This document shows positions 36,818-47,027 of a DNA stretch of 51,997 nt, piece by piece. The stretch is taken from positions 1 through 51,997 of the forward strand of contig JBPCLP010000018.1 of the NCBI GenBank assembly GCA_051003195.1, in the 5' to 3' direction. The notes beneath the pieces are model-generated. The model searched no databases, had not been told where the DNA came from, and was given only the letters and a program-made list of their open reading frames with translations. Source of the stretch: Candidatus Sumerlaeaceae bacterium. Its GTDB lineage: Bacteria > Sumerlaeota > Sumerlaeia > Sumerlaeales > Sumerlaeaceae. A program made the position numbers and the translations under genes. How positions within the stretch are numbered: position 1 is the stretch's first letter; each line of letters starts with the position of its first letter.

Positions 36818-38692
36818 TTAGTAAACTTCCCAGCCAGCGACACTGCTGACGACTGGGCTGAATTCGAAATTGTCAACACGCGTGCCGCGGATCAGCGAAT
36901 CGTCTGTGAGGGTTTCGTTGTATCCAATGCCTGCCAATCCCCTGGGCCGTGTGGTGTCGGTCACCGCCACCTTCAGCACAGAATCCATGTAGTACGAGAT
37001 GTTGCTTCCCACGCACAGGATCTCGAACTGGTGCCAGCCGCTGGCCAGGATGTTCTGTGTCGCGGGTAGGAAATCAGTGATCGATCCGTTAACGAGTTCG
37101 CCGCAGCGAAGTCGCCCGCTGCGTGCGTCGTACGTCATCACGTAACAATCGCCACCCAGGAAACTGGATGTCGTAAAGGCGACGTCGCCGTCGTCGCGCG
37201 CGAAAATTCCATACGTCTCGGAATTGCCACTGGCCAGTGTTGGGCGATACTCGCAATAAACCTGGCATTTGATGCGGTAGTCCGTGTCAGCCAGCCGGCC
37301 GATGTGCGTCGTCTCCATCCCTCCACCCAATGCTGCGGGCCGATGGACGGACATCACATACCCGTCGCCGCCCGGAGCCGTGGGCGAGAACGCAACGATG
37401 CGGTTGTAGTTTCGTTTGTCGTCCCAGGAAAGCTGGCGAAATCCAGAAGCAGGAAACGAATCCGTCACGGTCGCGGCAGGTTGCACCTGGGCTGGCTGGC
37501 GCACCAGCATGACGGCATTGGGCAGGGCGCGTTGCAGTCCAACCGGTGGCCCGGATGGCGCATTCACCAGCGCTCCATTGACGACCATCGTGGTCGATCC
37601 GCCGCCATCCACGTTCACCGCATTCAGCCCTGTGGAACCAATGATGCCCGCCACCGTATCCAGGATGAACGTGACCATTTCGTCAAAGTCCATTCCCACA
37701 CTCACAGCGGTGTTTCGGCCGTCCACCGTCATTAGAAACCAGTGGGTGTTGCTGTACCCGATCACGGTACGCGGATTACGCGAGTCAGGCTGAATCGAGG
37801 TGATAGTGCTTCCGCCCCAGGTCGGGCTCTGGCTCACGCCGTTCAGGATGAGCGTTCCGGGGCCGTTGACCCACATCTGCGCGTTATTATAGTTCTGGTT
37901 GCTATGGTCGAGGAAGACTCCGACGCGCTGCCCCACGGCGACATTCGCCAGTAGCGTCGCCGCCTTGGTTCCATGCGCCGAGAGCACCATTCCGCCAGCA
38001 GGAATCGCCGTGTTCTGTCCACCGTTCACAACCTGGCTCACGATTCCCGACACCTCCTTCTCCGCGCGGGCGGGATAGGAGACGTTGGTCAGCACCACCT
38101 CCGTCCCTGCGGAAGAAGTCTGCGTGCTTGATCCCCACACGGGCATGTAAACGACGAGTTGATCTGACAAACGCGCGAAGTTGAGATTGTCGATCAGCAG
38201 GTTCGAGGCGTTCGAGAAAGTAACGCGGCTTTCATTGCCCGCGCTGTTGTTCCAGTTCAGGCTGTTGTTTACCATCCCCGCCCGGGAATCGAGGAACGCA
38301 ATGGTTTGGCGATCGCCGGTCGGCTCCGCAATGAACGTGTTACTGCTGCCTGCCACGCCCGTGATCGTCTGGTGCTGTCCTGAGACGGTGCTCGAGAGGC
38401 TGGCGTTGACGGCGCCAACCACATCGAACGCCGGCGTGTCGTAATACGTCACCATCGTGGTAAGCTGCTGGCGCGCTGGAAAACCCCGGATACCGTACGG
38501 CCACGCCATGCGCAGCGACAAGTCCAACTGGTTGCGATCCATGATCAGCAGGTAAATGTGGTTCGGGTCGGCCGTGGTGTAATGCCGGTGTTCCGCGCCG
38601 GGGCCCAGCGAATCGTTACTGACGAGTACCGTTGCACCCAAAGCCGAACCTGCCATGCTTCCGAAAAGAAGCCCAAAAACCCACGGACGCAT
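36818..38692 (-). CDS. Secreted phosphodiester glycosidase (NAGPA/DUF2233-like) with C-terminal beta-sandwich domain and W-x-V-Y tail
   Basis: ATG 38692 gives a signal peptide (MRPWVFGLLFGSMAGSALG). AVNA, IPAGGMVLSAHG, RNPRTVIG, TVDGR..SVGM, NVDGGGSTTM; ends SSVAGWEVY. Confidence 0.85.
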   Translation of the reverse strand: MRPWVFGLLFGSMAGSALGATVLVSNDSLGPGAEHRHYTTADPNHIYLLIMDRNQLDLSLRMAWPYGIRGFPARQQLTTMVTYYDTPAFDVVGAVNASLSSTVSGQHQTITGVAGSSNTFIAEPTGDRQTIAFLDSRAGMVNNSLNWNNSAGNESRVTFSNASNLLIDNLNFARLSDQLVVYMPVWGSSTQTSSAGTEVVLTNVSYPARAEKEVSGIVSQVVNGGQNTAIPAGGMVLSAHGTKAATLLANVAVGQRVGVFLDHSNQNYNNAQMWVNGPGTLILNGVSQSPTWGGSTITSIQPDSRNPRTVIGYSNTHWFLMTVDGRNTAVSVGMDFDEMVTFILDTVAGIIGSTGLNAVNVDGGGSTTMVVNGALVNAPSGPPVGLQRALPNAVMLVRQPAQVQPAATVTDSFPASGFRQLSWDDKRNYNRIVAFSPTAPGGDGYVMSVHRPAALGGGMETTHIGRLADTDYRIKCQVYCEYRPTLASGNSETYGIFARDDGDVAFTTSSFLGGDCYVMTYDARSGRLRCGELVNGSITDFLPATQNILASGWHQFEILCVGSNISYYMDSVLKVAVTDTTRPRGLAGIGYNETLTDDSLIRGTRVDNFEFSPVVSSVAGWEVY

Positions 38693-38825
38693 GTAAACCC
38701 CGTTAACGCGAAAGATGCACATGAATACCGGGCGCAAGGTGTGCCATTCAAGGTCCCTGGCGCCACCGCGCCCCGCGATTTGGTTTTGACCACCCGGGTT
38801 GATCTCCAACCCAGTGATGCCCATC

Positions 38826-41714
38826 ATGTCCACTACCACAACCAGGCGCCTATGCGCCACCGCCGTGTGCCTCGTGCTTGTGGCTCCGGCCAATGCCGGC
38901 ATTCGCGTGCTCGATAACGGAAGCACATTATCCGCATCGGTTGCGACGGAGCTGACGGCACGCGGGCTCGCGGTCAGCCCGCTTTCGATCGCGGAGACGC
39001 CGCACGCCGCCGGCGCGGGAGCTGATGTGTGGGTCGCGGCAAACCTCGAGCGATGCCCCGCATCCGCATATCGCGCCATCGCCGCACACCTGCAAAAGGG
39101 CGGTGGGTTTCTCGCGCTCGGCGGGCCGCCGTTTGCAACCATGCTCTATCCCTTCAACGACGGCTGGGCCGACGAGAAGACTTTCCTGGCGAAAGCATTT
39201 GTTCCAAAAATCGCACTCGCACTCAAAAATGTAACGCCTGCCGGGATCGCCGTCTCCAGTGATATGCCGCAATCCAGCCCCACCCTGACACTCGAGTCCG
39301 CGGTCATCGCCGACACCGGCTCCACGGCTTCTGTGCCAGTCCTGCATGGCCGCATTACGAATCTGCGTTCATGGTCCACCTTTGAAATACATCCGCGGCA
39401 GCCAATGCCGCGCGGGCAGCTCACCACGTTCTGGGCGCGCGGCACGAGCGAGACAAACAAGCTGGCTATCGAGTGGACCGAACAGGACCGCTCGCGCTGG
39501 ATCGCGACCATCGACCTCACGCCGGAGTGGCAGTACCACGTCGTCAAACCCGAGCAGTTCATGTTCTGGTACGATGCGCGAAGCCGCGGCCGCGGCGGAC
39601 CAGGCGACCGCGTCCGCATTGAAAACGCGCGGAAGTTCAGCGTCGGCCTTGCGCTTACCCACACTCCAGTCGGCCCGGGCCCGCACGAATTCTGGCTCGG
39701 CGATGTTGGCGTCGCACAGATCGATGCGCAACTCCATGACCTCCTTTCATTGCCACTTCTCGACGGCCTCTATCCACGTACGAGCCTCTACCCGACTTCG
39801 CCCGTCAGCATCGACGTAGCGGAAGCGTATGCCGACGCCCTCAACAATTCAACGCTCCCGGTGCCGGCGAATTGCTGGTCGTCGTACTGGCGGCCGATGG
39901 GCTCCGGCATCGACAAGCAGCGCCGCTGCCGGTTCATTCCCGTCGCGACAGCCCGCAACGCCGACGGCACACGCGCCGGTACCGTCGCCGCGTTAACGCT
40001 CTACCTTCAGCCGCCGTATCGCAACGCACTGTACGGATACGTCAGCATTCCCGATCCGGCCGTGCTACTGTCCCAAAGCTGGATGGATCTTACCGCGGAG
40101 ATGCTTCGCCGCATGGTGCAGCGCGCGTTTCTCAGCGAAGCCGGCAGCTCGCAATTCACGTACGACATACGCGACATTCCAACCACCGGCATTGTGCTCG
40201 GCGCGACGGCCATGTTGCCCAGCCAACCGCCCGGTTATGACATCCGGCTGCTGGTGGACGGTGTGGCACGCGCGGCAGCGCCCAACCGCCTGCGCACCAC
40301 GCTGCCCGCCGACGCCACATGCACAGGTGTGCGTCACCTGCGCGCGGAGCTGACATCCGGCGGCAGGCTGCTGGACGTCATCACGCAGGAACTGCGCTTT
40401 GACGGCCCGCGGACCAACCCGAATTATCTTACCGCGCGCGATCGAGTATTCTGGCGCGGCGGTAAACCGTGGCGCGCGTTTGGTGTCAACTACATGCCCT
40501 CCAGCGGACTCGCGCTACAGCACAACCTGGAGTTCGAATACTGGCTGGAAGATCCGGCCTACGATCCCGCGATCATCGAGCACGACCTGAACCGCATCCA
40601 GGCGCTCGGAATGAACATGATCTCGGTGTTCGTTTACCAGCGGTCCATTTCGAACGGCAACCTGCTCGACCTGCTCAGCCGCGCTCGCGCACACGGGCTT
40701 CTCGTGAACCTCTCGCTGCGGCCAAACGAGCCGCCGTTTCCTGCGTCGAAGGACGTGGTCGAAAGCCTCATCGGACACTACCGTCTTGCCGAGAAGGACG
40801 AGATTATGGCATACGATGTTGCCTGGGAGCCATGGTGGGGCAGCGAAGGCATTCGTGAGCAGCGTTACTCGGCTGATTGGGTGAAGTGGGTCAACGACAC
40901 TCACGGTTCGCCTGGGCAAGCCGCCAGGGCATGGAAATACACACCCGGAAACCTGGCCACTTTTCCCGACAACGACAAGCTCCAGAAAGATGGACAATGG
41001 ACCGCGGCTGTTCGCGACTACCGACGCTTCGCGCACCAGCGCATCGCCGCCGAGTACAAGGCCGGCCGCCAGAATATCCGCGCCATCGATCCCCACCATC
41101 TCGTCAGTTTCCGACAGAGCGAAGGCGCCAATCCACTCGTCGACCCGGCCCAGTTTCCAATCGAACTCGCAGCCGTTGCGCAGGCGGTCGATTTCTTTTC
41201 GCCCGAGGCGTATGGCATCGGTGACTCGCCCGCCAAATCCAGCACCATGTTATTCGCTGCGTCGTACTGCCAGGCGCTTGCGCCCGGAAAACCCGTGTTG
41301 TGGTCCGAGTTCGGCTACAATACGTGGTCCGGCGATGCGTTCCAGCCAAGCTCGCGCCAGCTCGAGTGGCAGGGCGCCATATACCGCAACGTGCTGGAGC
41401 ACGCGCAGCAGTCTCGCGCCGCCGGCGTCATTGCATGGTGGTTCCCCGGGGGATACCGCAAGGGCGAGGAAAGCGACTACGGATTAATCGCACCCGACGG
41501 CCGGAGCCGTCCCGCGACGAAGGTCCTGGCCGAGTACGCCGAACGGTTAAAGGCGCCGGCGCCCGCTGTCGAGTGGACACCGCGCATGGAAAGCGACGCC
41601 GCCTCCGGCGCGCGGGGATACGTCGCGTTGTACGAGGCACTAAGCACGCGCTTCCACTCAGCCGTTACTTCGGACACCATACCGCTCGTAGTGAGAACCG
41701 ATGCGATTCCGTAA
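38826..41714 (+). CDS. Secreted multidomain clan GH-A (GH5/GH42-like) glycoside hydrolase with CBM-like N-terminal region
   Basis: Signal peptide; FGVNYMP, DL..IQALGMN.I.VF, YDVAWEP (acid/base), DPHHLVS, VDF.S.E.Y, KPVLWSEFG (nucleophile), W.F. Confidence 0.75.
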   Translation: MSTTTTRRLCATAVCLVLVAPANAGIRVLDNGSTLSASVATELTARGLAVSPLSIAETPHAAGAGADVWVAANLERCPASAYRAIAAHLQKGGGFLALGGPPFATMLYPFNDGWADEKTFLAKAFVPKIALALKNVTPAGIAVSSDMPQSSPTLTLESAVIADTGSTASVPVLHGRITNLRSWSTFEIHPRQPMPRGQLTTFWARGTSETNKLAIEWTEQDRSRWIATIDLTPEWQYHVVKPEQFMFWYDARSRGRGGPGDRVRIENARKFSVGLALTHTPVGPGPHEFWLGDVGVAQIDAQLHDLLSLPLLDGLYPRTSLYPTSPVSIDVAEAYADALNNSTLPVPANCWSSYWRPMGSGIDKQRRCRFIPVATARNADGTRAGTVAALTLYLQPPYRNALYGYVSIPDPAVLLSQSWMDLTAEMLRRMVQRAFLSEAGSSQFTYDIRDIPTTGIVLGATAMLPSQPPGYDIRLLVDGVARAAAPNRLRTTLPADATCTGVRHLRAELTSGGRLLDVITQELRFDGPRTNPNYLTARDRVFWRGGKPWRAFGVNYMPSSGLALQHNLEFEYWLEDPAYDPAIIEHDLNRIQALGMNMISVFVYQRSISNGNLLDLLSRARAHGLLVNLSLRPNEPPFPASKDVVESLIGHYRLAEKDEIMAYDVAWEPWWGSEGIREQRYSADWVKWVNDTHGSPGQAARAWKYTPGNLATFPDNDKLQKDGQWTAAVRDYRRFAHQRIAAEYKAGRQNIRAIDPHHLVSFRQSEGANPLVDPAQFPIELAAVAQAVDFFSPEAYGIGDSPAKSSTMLFAASYCQALAPGKPVLWSEFGYNTWSGDAFQPSSRQLEWQGAIYRNVLEHAQQSRAAGVIAWWFPGGYRKGEESDYGLIAPDGRSRPATKVLAEYAERLKAPAPAVEWTPRMESDAASGARGYVALYEALSTRFHSAVTSDTIPLVVRTDAIP

Positions 41715-42142
41715 CTAGATCACTTCTACACAAGCCACCCTCGCGCCAGGTCGCACCACGCGTCTGATCCATCCAACTCCGGTGAAGCGACCGTTTGATG
41801 CGCAGGCGTATGCACTGTTTTAAAACGGTGGGGCAATCCGCCTTTTGATTAAGGAGGCAAGCTTCCATACGCAAACTTGAGCAATCGTTTGGCCCACTTA
41901 TCGTGCGTGGGTGAGCGACGTCAGCTTCCACAAGTCGCCGATCGCGTAGAAATGCTCGAAATGGTCCTGGGTGGTCATGCCACTGTATCCAAGCACGTGG
42001 AAACCATTCCTGTCGGCTCGATAAAGGAGTTTTGCGCCGCGTGAATTGTGGCCGGACGCAGCCTCGCGGACAACGCGCATCGGTCAGGTAATACGCCGCA
42101 ACAGTCGTGGTGTTGCCCCGGTGTTCCTGCCGCATGGAATTA

Positions 42143-43507
42143 TCATTTCCCCAGGCAGAACGTGGCGAAGATTCGGTCGAGTATCTGTTCATCCAGCCGC
42201 TCGCCGAGAACTTCGCCAAGGTGAATAATGGCATCACGTAGATCGACCATAACCAGATCGCCCGATGCCGCTGCGCCGAACGCTTCCTCAGCTTTTTGCA
42301 GGCTATCGTCTGCCAGCCGCAGACACTCCGCATGCCGCGCGCGTGTGACGGTGGCATCCATCTGCGCATTCGAGCCGATCAGCCGTCCAGAAATGGCGTC
42401 GATCAGCTGGCCAAGCCCTTCCTTTGTTTTTGCGGATACACGAACCCCGTTCTCCCCAGGATCGTGCGAGCACGCATTGGCCTGGTCCACTTTGTTAAAC
42501 ACCGTCATCACGGGAGTTCCGGATTCGAACAACTTGATATCCGCAAAATCGCTTTCCGTGTGGCCGGCAATGTCGACGACCAGCAGCACGAGTTCGGCGT
42601 TCATCATTTCTTCAGTCGTGCGAACCACTCCAATCCGTTCGATCTCGTCGCTGCTGTTACGCAAACCCGCCGTGTCGATGAGTGTGACCGGGACCCCGCA
42701 CATGTCGATCGTCGCTTCAATGGTGTCGCGGGTCGTGCCGGGATGGGGACTGACAATTGCCCGTTCGCGTCCAATCATCGCATTAAAAAGACTGCTCTTG
42801 CCCGCATTCGGGGCCCCGGCCAGTACCACGCGAGCACCCTCGCGCACCAGTCGTCCGCGCTGATAGCCATCCAGAAGCCGGCTGATCTCCTCGCGAGACG
42901 TGGTCATCGCAGCGCTGATACGATCCTGGGCCAGCGCGGGAATGTCTTCCTCCGGAAAGTCCAGGTGCGCTTCAATTTCGGCTGCGGAGTCGAGCAGCGA
43001 ATCGCGGATATTTCGTACTTCTAAAGACAGCCCGCCCCGCAATTGCCGCAGTGCAGACCGGCGGCTGAGTTCTGTTTGCGCCGCGATGAGGTCTCCGAGC
43101 GCTTCTGCCTGCGCGAGGTCCATCTTCCCATTCAGAAATGCGCGACGGGAAAATTCGCCGGGCTCGGCCAGGCGCGCTCCGGCCGTTATGCACGTATCCA
43201 GCACCGCGGCAACAACTGCCTGTCCGCCGTGGCAGTGGATCTCAGCTATGTCTTCGCCTGTAAAACTGTGAGGCCGCTGCATTACGACGACTATGCAATC
43301 ATCCAGCGGCTGGCCCGAGCCGTCGTGAAGCGTCCCGTAAACCAATTCGTTTGGCACCAACGCACTCGCTACTCCCGGACGGCGGAATCGATCCTGCACA
43401 ATCGAGACAGCGTCTGGTCCGCTGAGACGAATGATGGCGACACCCCCGCCAATAGCCGTGGCTGGCGCTGCAATCGTGTCCGCGTCGGAGTGTTCGTCAA
43501 AAACCAA
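42143..43507 (-). CDS. mnmE: tRNA modification GTPase MnmE
   Basis: DTIAAPAT, PHSFTGED..EIHCHGG, AEPGEFSRRAFLNGKMDL.QAE, GAPNAGKSSL, PGTTRD, DTAGLR, NKVD, FCLGK. Confidence 0.97.
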   Translation of the reverse strand: MVFDEHSDADTIAAPATAIGGGVAIIRLSGPDAVSIVQDRFRRPGVASALVPNELVYGTLHDGSGQPLDDCIVVVMQRPHSFTGEDIAEIHCHGGQAVVAAVLDTCITAGARLAEPGEFSRRAFLNGKMDLAQAEALGDLIAAQTELSRRSALRQLRGGLSLEVRNIRDSLLDSAAEIEAHLDFPEEDIPALAQDRISAAMTTSREEISRLLDGYQRGRLVREGARVVLAGAPNAGKSSLFNAMIGRERAIVSPHPGTTRDTIEATIDMCGVPVTLIDTAGLRNSSDEIERIGVVRTTEEMMNAELVLLVVDIAGHTESDFADIKLFESGTPVMTVFNKVDQANACSHDPGENGVRVSAKTKEGLGQLIDAISGRLIGSNAQMDATVTRARHAECLRLADDSLQKAEEAFGAAASGDLVMVDLRDAIIHLGEVLGERLDEQILDRIFATFCLGK

Positions 43508-43620
43508 TCATATGCCTCGCAAGGAATGGCAACGAATCAGCAAATCGTCTTGCAGATCGGTGCTTATATGCAATTGAGTAGTATTTCTGCTTCCTGATTC
43601 GCAATCATTGAACGAGGTGC

Positions 43621-44046
43621 GTGTTTCGCATGGATGAAGAGGATATCATCGCCCCGTCAGGACCGGCGCCGCTGACGCTGCAGGACTACCTGGCACAATA
43701 TGGAATGGTGGCGGTCTACCTGGCTGCCATCTACATGCTCTGCTTCGTCCTGTGCCGGTTCATCAGATGGAATAGCCTGGGACGCAGTGCGGGGCTTATC
43801 CAGGGGGCCGTTTTGATAGCCTGCGTTACAGCAATGTTCATGCTATGGGGGCTCAGATATGCCCGGCTTGAGGACGAGTACGACCTTATCAAAGCCTTTG
43901 GGATTGGCTTCCTCACTCTGCTGGTCAGCATCGGCGCAAGCGCTCATGGTGAGTATGGCAGATCCCGACAAGTACAAAACGCCGAACTTGTGGGCGAGCC
44001 CGATCAGACGCAAACTCCCGGCATTGATGCAGAGCTTCTCGACTAG
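43621..44046 (+). CDS. Hypothetical membrane protein (3 TM)
   Basis: GAGG RBS; three hydrophobic segments; acidic termini. Confidence 0.7.
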   Translation: MFRMDEEDIIAPSGPAPLTLQDYLAQYGMVAVYLAAIYMLCFVLCRFIRWNSLGRSAGLIQGAVLIACVTAMFMLWGLRYARLEDEYDLIKAFGIGFLTLLVSIGASAHGEYGRSRQVQNAELVGEPDQTQTPGIDAELLD

Positions 44047-44078
44047 CACACTAGGTTAGTCGCGGCATCGAACCATTC

Positions 44079-45440
44079 ATGAGACGAGGAGGACATCTGC
44101 TTTGTATTGCTTTCGCTGCAGTCGTAGTTGTTGCGAGCGCACAAACCGGTGTAGCGGGCTCGCAAGCGGGCGATGCAGCCGAGACCAGAAAACCTAACAT
44201 TGTACTCATTGTAGCCGACGACCTCGGCTACGCAGATCTTGGTGTGCAGGGATGCACGGACGTGCCCACGCCCCACATAGATTCCATCGGCGGAAATGGC
44301 GTGCGATTCACGAATGCCTATGTCACCTGCCCGAGTTGCAGCCCCAGCCGCGCGGGAATGCTAACGGGGAAATACCAGCAGCGCTTTGGACACGAGTTCA
44401 ACCCCACGCGAAATAAAGTACAGCCGGAATTCGGATTACCCGTGCGCGAGAAAACACTCGCAGATCGACTGAAGTCTTTCGGCTACTCGACCGCGGCATT
44501 CGGAAAGTGGCACCTGGGCGATCGGCCTGACATGCACCCGCAGAAGCGAGGATTCGATGAGTTTTATGGATTTCTCGGCGGGATGCGCGAGTACGGTGGC
44601 GGGGACGACGAAGCGCCGCTTTTACGCGGCACGGAAAGGACGACCAGCGTCGGCTACACGACGGAAGAGTTCGCACGCGAGGCCTGTGCGTTCATAAGTC
44701 GCCACGACTCTGCGCCGTTCTTTGTTTATCTTTCCTTCAATGCGGTACATACGCCACTTGCAGCGCCGCAGAAGTACCTCGCTCGCTTTGCGCACATCAA
44801 AGACGTAAAAAGGCGCATGTTCGCGGCGGTCCTTTCTGCTATGGATGACGGTGTCGGGGCGGTGCTGCAGCAATTGCGAACCCAACAGCTGGACAGCCGC
44901 ACGCTCATCTTCTTCCTCAGCGATAACGGCGGTCCCACCAGCAGCACTACTTCGAGAAACGATCCGCTGCGCGGAAGCAAGGGCCAGCTTTTGGAAGGCG
45001 GCATCCGTATCCCGTTCCTGATGCAGTGGAAAGCGCAACTGCAGGCAGGAAAAGTTTACGAACATCCGGTTATATCCCTCAATATAGCCGCTACCTGCCT
45101 TGCGGCTGCGGGCGTGACTGAAAAAGACCACCGACTCGATGGTGTAAATCTGCTGCCCTATGTCCGTGGAGAAAATGCCGGGCCGCCACACGCGCAGTTA
45201 TTTTGGAGGTATGGAGCGCAGTCGGCCGCTCGAATGGGCGACTGGAAACGGCTTCATTTCCGGGGAAGGACCCAGCTCTATAATCTGGCCAATGACATCG
45301 GCGAAGCGCATGATCTTGCGTCTGCAGTTCCGGAGCAGCTTGAGGAACTCGAACGCGCGTACAACCAATGGAATGCGCAGATGGCTCAGCCGCTCTGGGA
45401 ACCAGAGCCACGCGTCAACAAAGGAGAAGCCGCGCCCTGA
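44079..45440 (+). CDS. Formylglycine-dependent (S1) sulfatase, secreted
   Basis: Signal peptide; KPNIVLIVADDLGY, CSPSRAGMLTG, GKWHLG, SDNG, EGGIRIP, LYNL..DIGE. Confidence 0.95.
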   Translation: MRRGGHLLCIAFAAVVVVASAQTGVAGSQAGDAAETRKPNIVLIVADDLGYADLGVQGCTDVPTPHIDSIGGNGVRFTNAYVTCPSCSPSRAGMLTGKYQQRFGHEFNPTRNKVQPEFGLPVREKTLADRLKSFGYSTAAFGKWHLGDRPDMHPQKRGFDEFYGFLGGMREYGGGDDEAPLLRGTERTTSVGYTTEEFAREACAFISRHDSAPFFVYLSFNAVHTPLAAPQKYLARFAHIKDVKRRMFAAVLSAMDDGVGAVLQQLRTQQLDSRTLIFFLSDNGGPTSSTTSRNDPLRGSKGQLLEGGIRIPFLMQWKAQLQAGKVYEHPVISLNIAATCLAAAGVTEKDHRLDGVNLLPYVRGENAGPPHAQLFWRYGAQSAARMGDWKRLHFRGRTQLYNLANDIGEAHDLASAVPEQLEELERAYNQWNAQMAQPLWEPEPRVNKGEAAP

Positions 45441-45455
45441 GAACGTCCTGTACGA

Positions 45456-47027
45456 CTAGATGCTTTTCAGTTTATGGCAGCGAAATATCCGGAACTCCTT
45501 CACCTTTCTGCCATATTGAAATATTTGGACCGGCTTTTCTTCGCGCACGTTCTGGAACATTTTCGTGATTCGCTCCATCCGTTCAGGCCGACCCGGCTTG
45601 CTAACCGGCCGGGCAAAAACAAACAGCGCGTCATGCCCAAGTTCCGGCGCCATCTGGTTCTGAGCGAATCCCCACCTCTCGATCGGACGCCGCATTCCCC
45701 AGCCAACCTCTCGCGAATCCGTGAGAGTATAGTAACGAACCGTCTGATCGAGATACCACGCACAGGGGAACATTGTGAACCATGTATCGAAGAGAATAAA
45801 CGTTCCACGGGAACTCTTCAGGCGTTGCTCGGCAGTGTCTGCCAGTGTTTTCCATCCAACGAACCAATTGGTCATCGGCACCTGCCTTCCGACCGCACGC
45901 GTTACGATGCCTGTCATGGTTTCCGAAAACAACAGCGAGAGCAACAGTGCACCCGTTGCAATTCCCGCGGCGGCAACAATTCGGATGTTACGGCTTCTGC
46001 GAAAGGTTTGCGCGACGTCAGAGAGACTTGTCACAAACATCGCCGCGCCAATAAGAGCTGCGATGTACGCTGGAGCATCCCAGTGTTCGCGTCCGGTGAT
46101 GCGCTCAGTCAGGGCGCACCAGACCAGGAAGAAGAGAAACAAAGGCGCGGAAAACGAAAAGAGAAACAGCAGTCGCGGATCTTTCAACTGCATGCCACGC
46201 CAGCCCATCCAAATCATCACAGCGACGGACGCCGCGAAAAGCACCGGCGAGACGTACAGGAAATGCATTCCGATATAATAAAACAAATCGCCAATATGAA
46301 GCGCTGCCCGCGCGTGTCGGTCGCTCAAGTGAAACCGCACTGAGCTCCAGCCGGCGGAATGCTCGCGCCAGAGGAAAACAGGTACGAAAACCACGCCCGC
46401 GACGACAACCGCAAGCCATGGCCCTGGAGTAGCCAGAAGCCGCCGCCATCCCGGCACCAATAGTATGCACAGCAGAAGACACGGGAAGAACAGCACAATG
46501 ACATACTTAACATAAAGCCCCAGCCCGATTACCAGTCCGAGAAACGGCCACCATCGAATCTTTCCGCCATTAAGTGCGTGCCATGCGAGCCACAGTGCGG
46601 CCGTCCAAAGGGCAAGCTGCGGGCCGTCGCACGACATGATAAAACCCATGGGCGTATACATGGGTACACAGGCGATTCCAATGGCAGCCCATGCGGCGCA
46701 GCGCTCGCCAGCCACCGATTTGGCGAGCAAATACGCAAGCGGCACAACCGCGGTACCGAACACCAATGCGAGCAGGCGAACACCGAATTCGCCACGACCG
46801 ATCAATGCAATACCCAGCCGCGCCAGGAAGCCGGTACCAGGCGGCTGCGGCGCAAAGTCCATGGGTGCATGCAGACCCATCCATGCGTAAACAGCCTCAT
46901 CCAGAAACAGCTCGAGCTTCAATGCGCAAGTGATCCGAATTGCGAGCGACACAACTACAAGAGCCCATACGATCCGCGCGCCGCGTGCCACAGGTATTAT
47001 CGCAGCGGAGGAGATGTTGGTATCCAC
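45456..47027 (-). CDS. GT39/ArnT-like membrane glycosyltransferase
   Basis: LFLDEAVYAW, PP, GEFGVRL, D.PQL, GLGL..KY; multi-TM. Confidence 0.85.
   Translation of the reverse strand: MDTNISSAAIIPVARGARIVWALVVVSLAIRITCALKLELFLDEAVYAWMGLHAPMDFAPQPPGTGFLARLGIALIGRGEFGVRLLALVFGTAVVPLAYLLAKSVAGERCAAWAAIGIACVPMYTPMGFIMSCDGPQLALWTAALWLAWHALNGGKIRWWPFLGLVIGLGLYVKYVIVLFFPCLLLCILLVPGWRRLLATPGPWLAVVVAGVVFVPVFLWREHSAGWSSVRFHLSDRHARAALHIGDLFYYIGMHFLYVSPVLFAASVAVMIWMGWRGMQLKDPRLLFLFSFSAPLFLFFLVWCALTERITGREHWDAPAYIAALIGAAMFVTSLSDVAQTFRRSRNIRIVAAAGIATGALLLSLLFSETMTGIVTRAVGRQVPMTNWFVGWKTLADTAEQRLKSSRGTFILFDTWFTMFPCAWYLDQTVRYYTLTDSREVGWGMRRPIERWGFAQNQMAPELGHDALFVFARPVSKPGRPERMERITKMFQNVREEKPVQIFQYGRKVKEFRIFRCHKLKSI

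Noticed and set aside
38732..38746. Sigma-54-like site TGGCACACCTTGCGC upstream of the NAGPA-like gene
   Set aside because: The GG-N10-GC spacing fits but the TT before -12 is missing; too weak to call.
38693..39142. 150-aa N-terminal extension of ORF 36818..39142
   Set aside because: It overlaps the opposite-strand hydrolase; ATG 38692 gives a clean signal peptide.
41715..42142. ~430-bp gap between convergent genes: possible pseudogene or ncRNA
   Set aside because: Only short or overlapping ORFs with no recognisable motif, and no convincing RNA structure seen.
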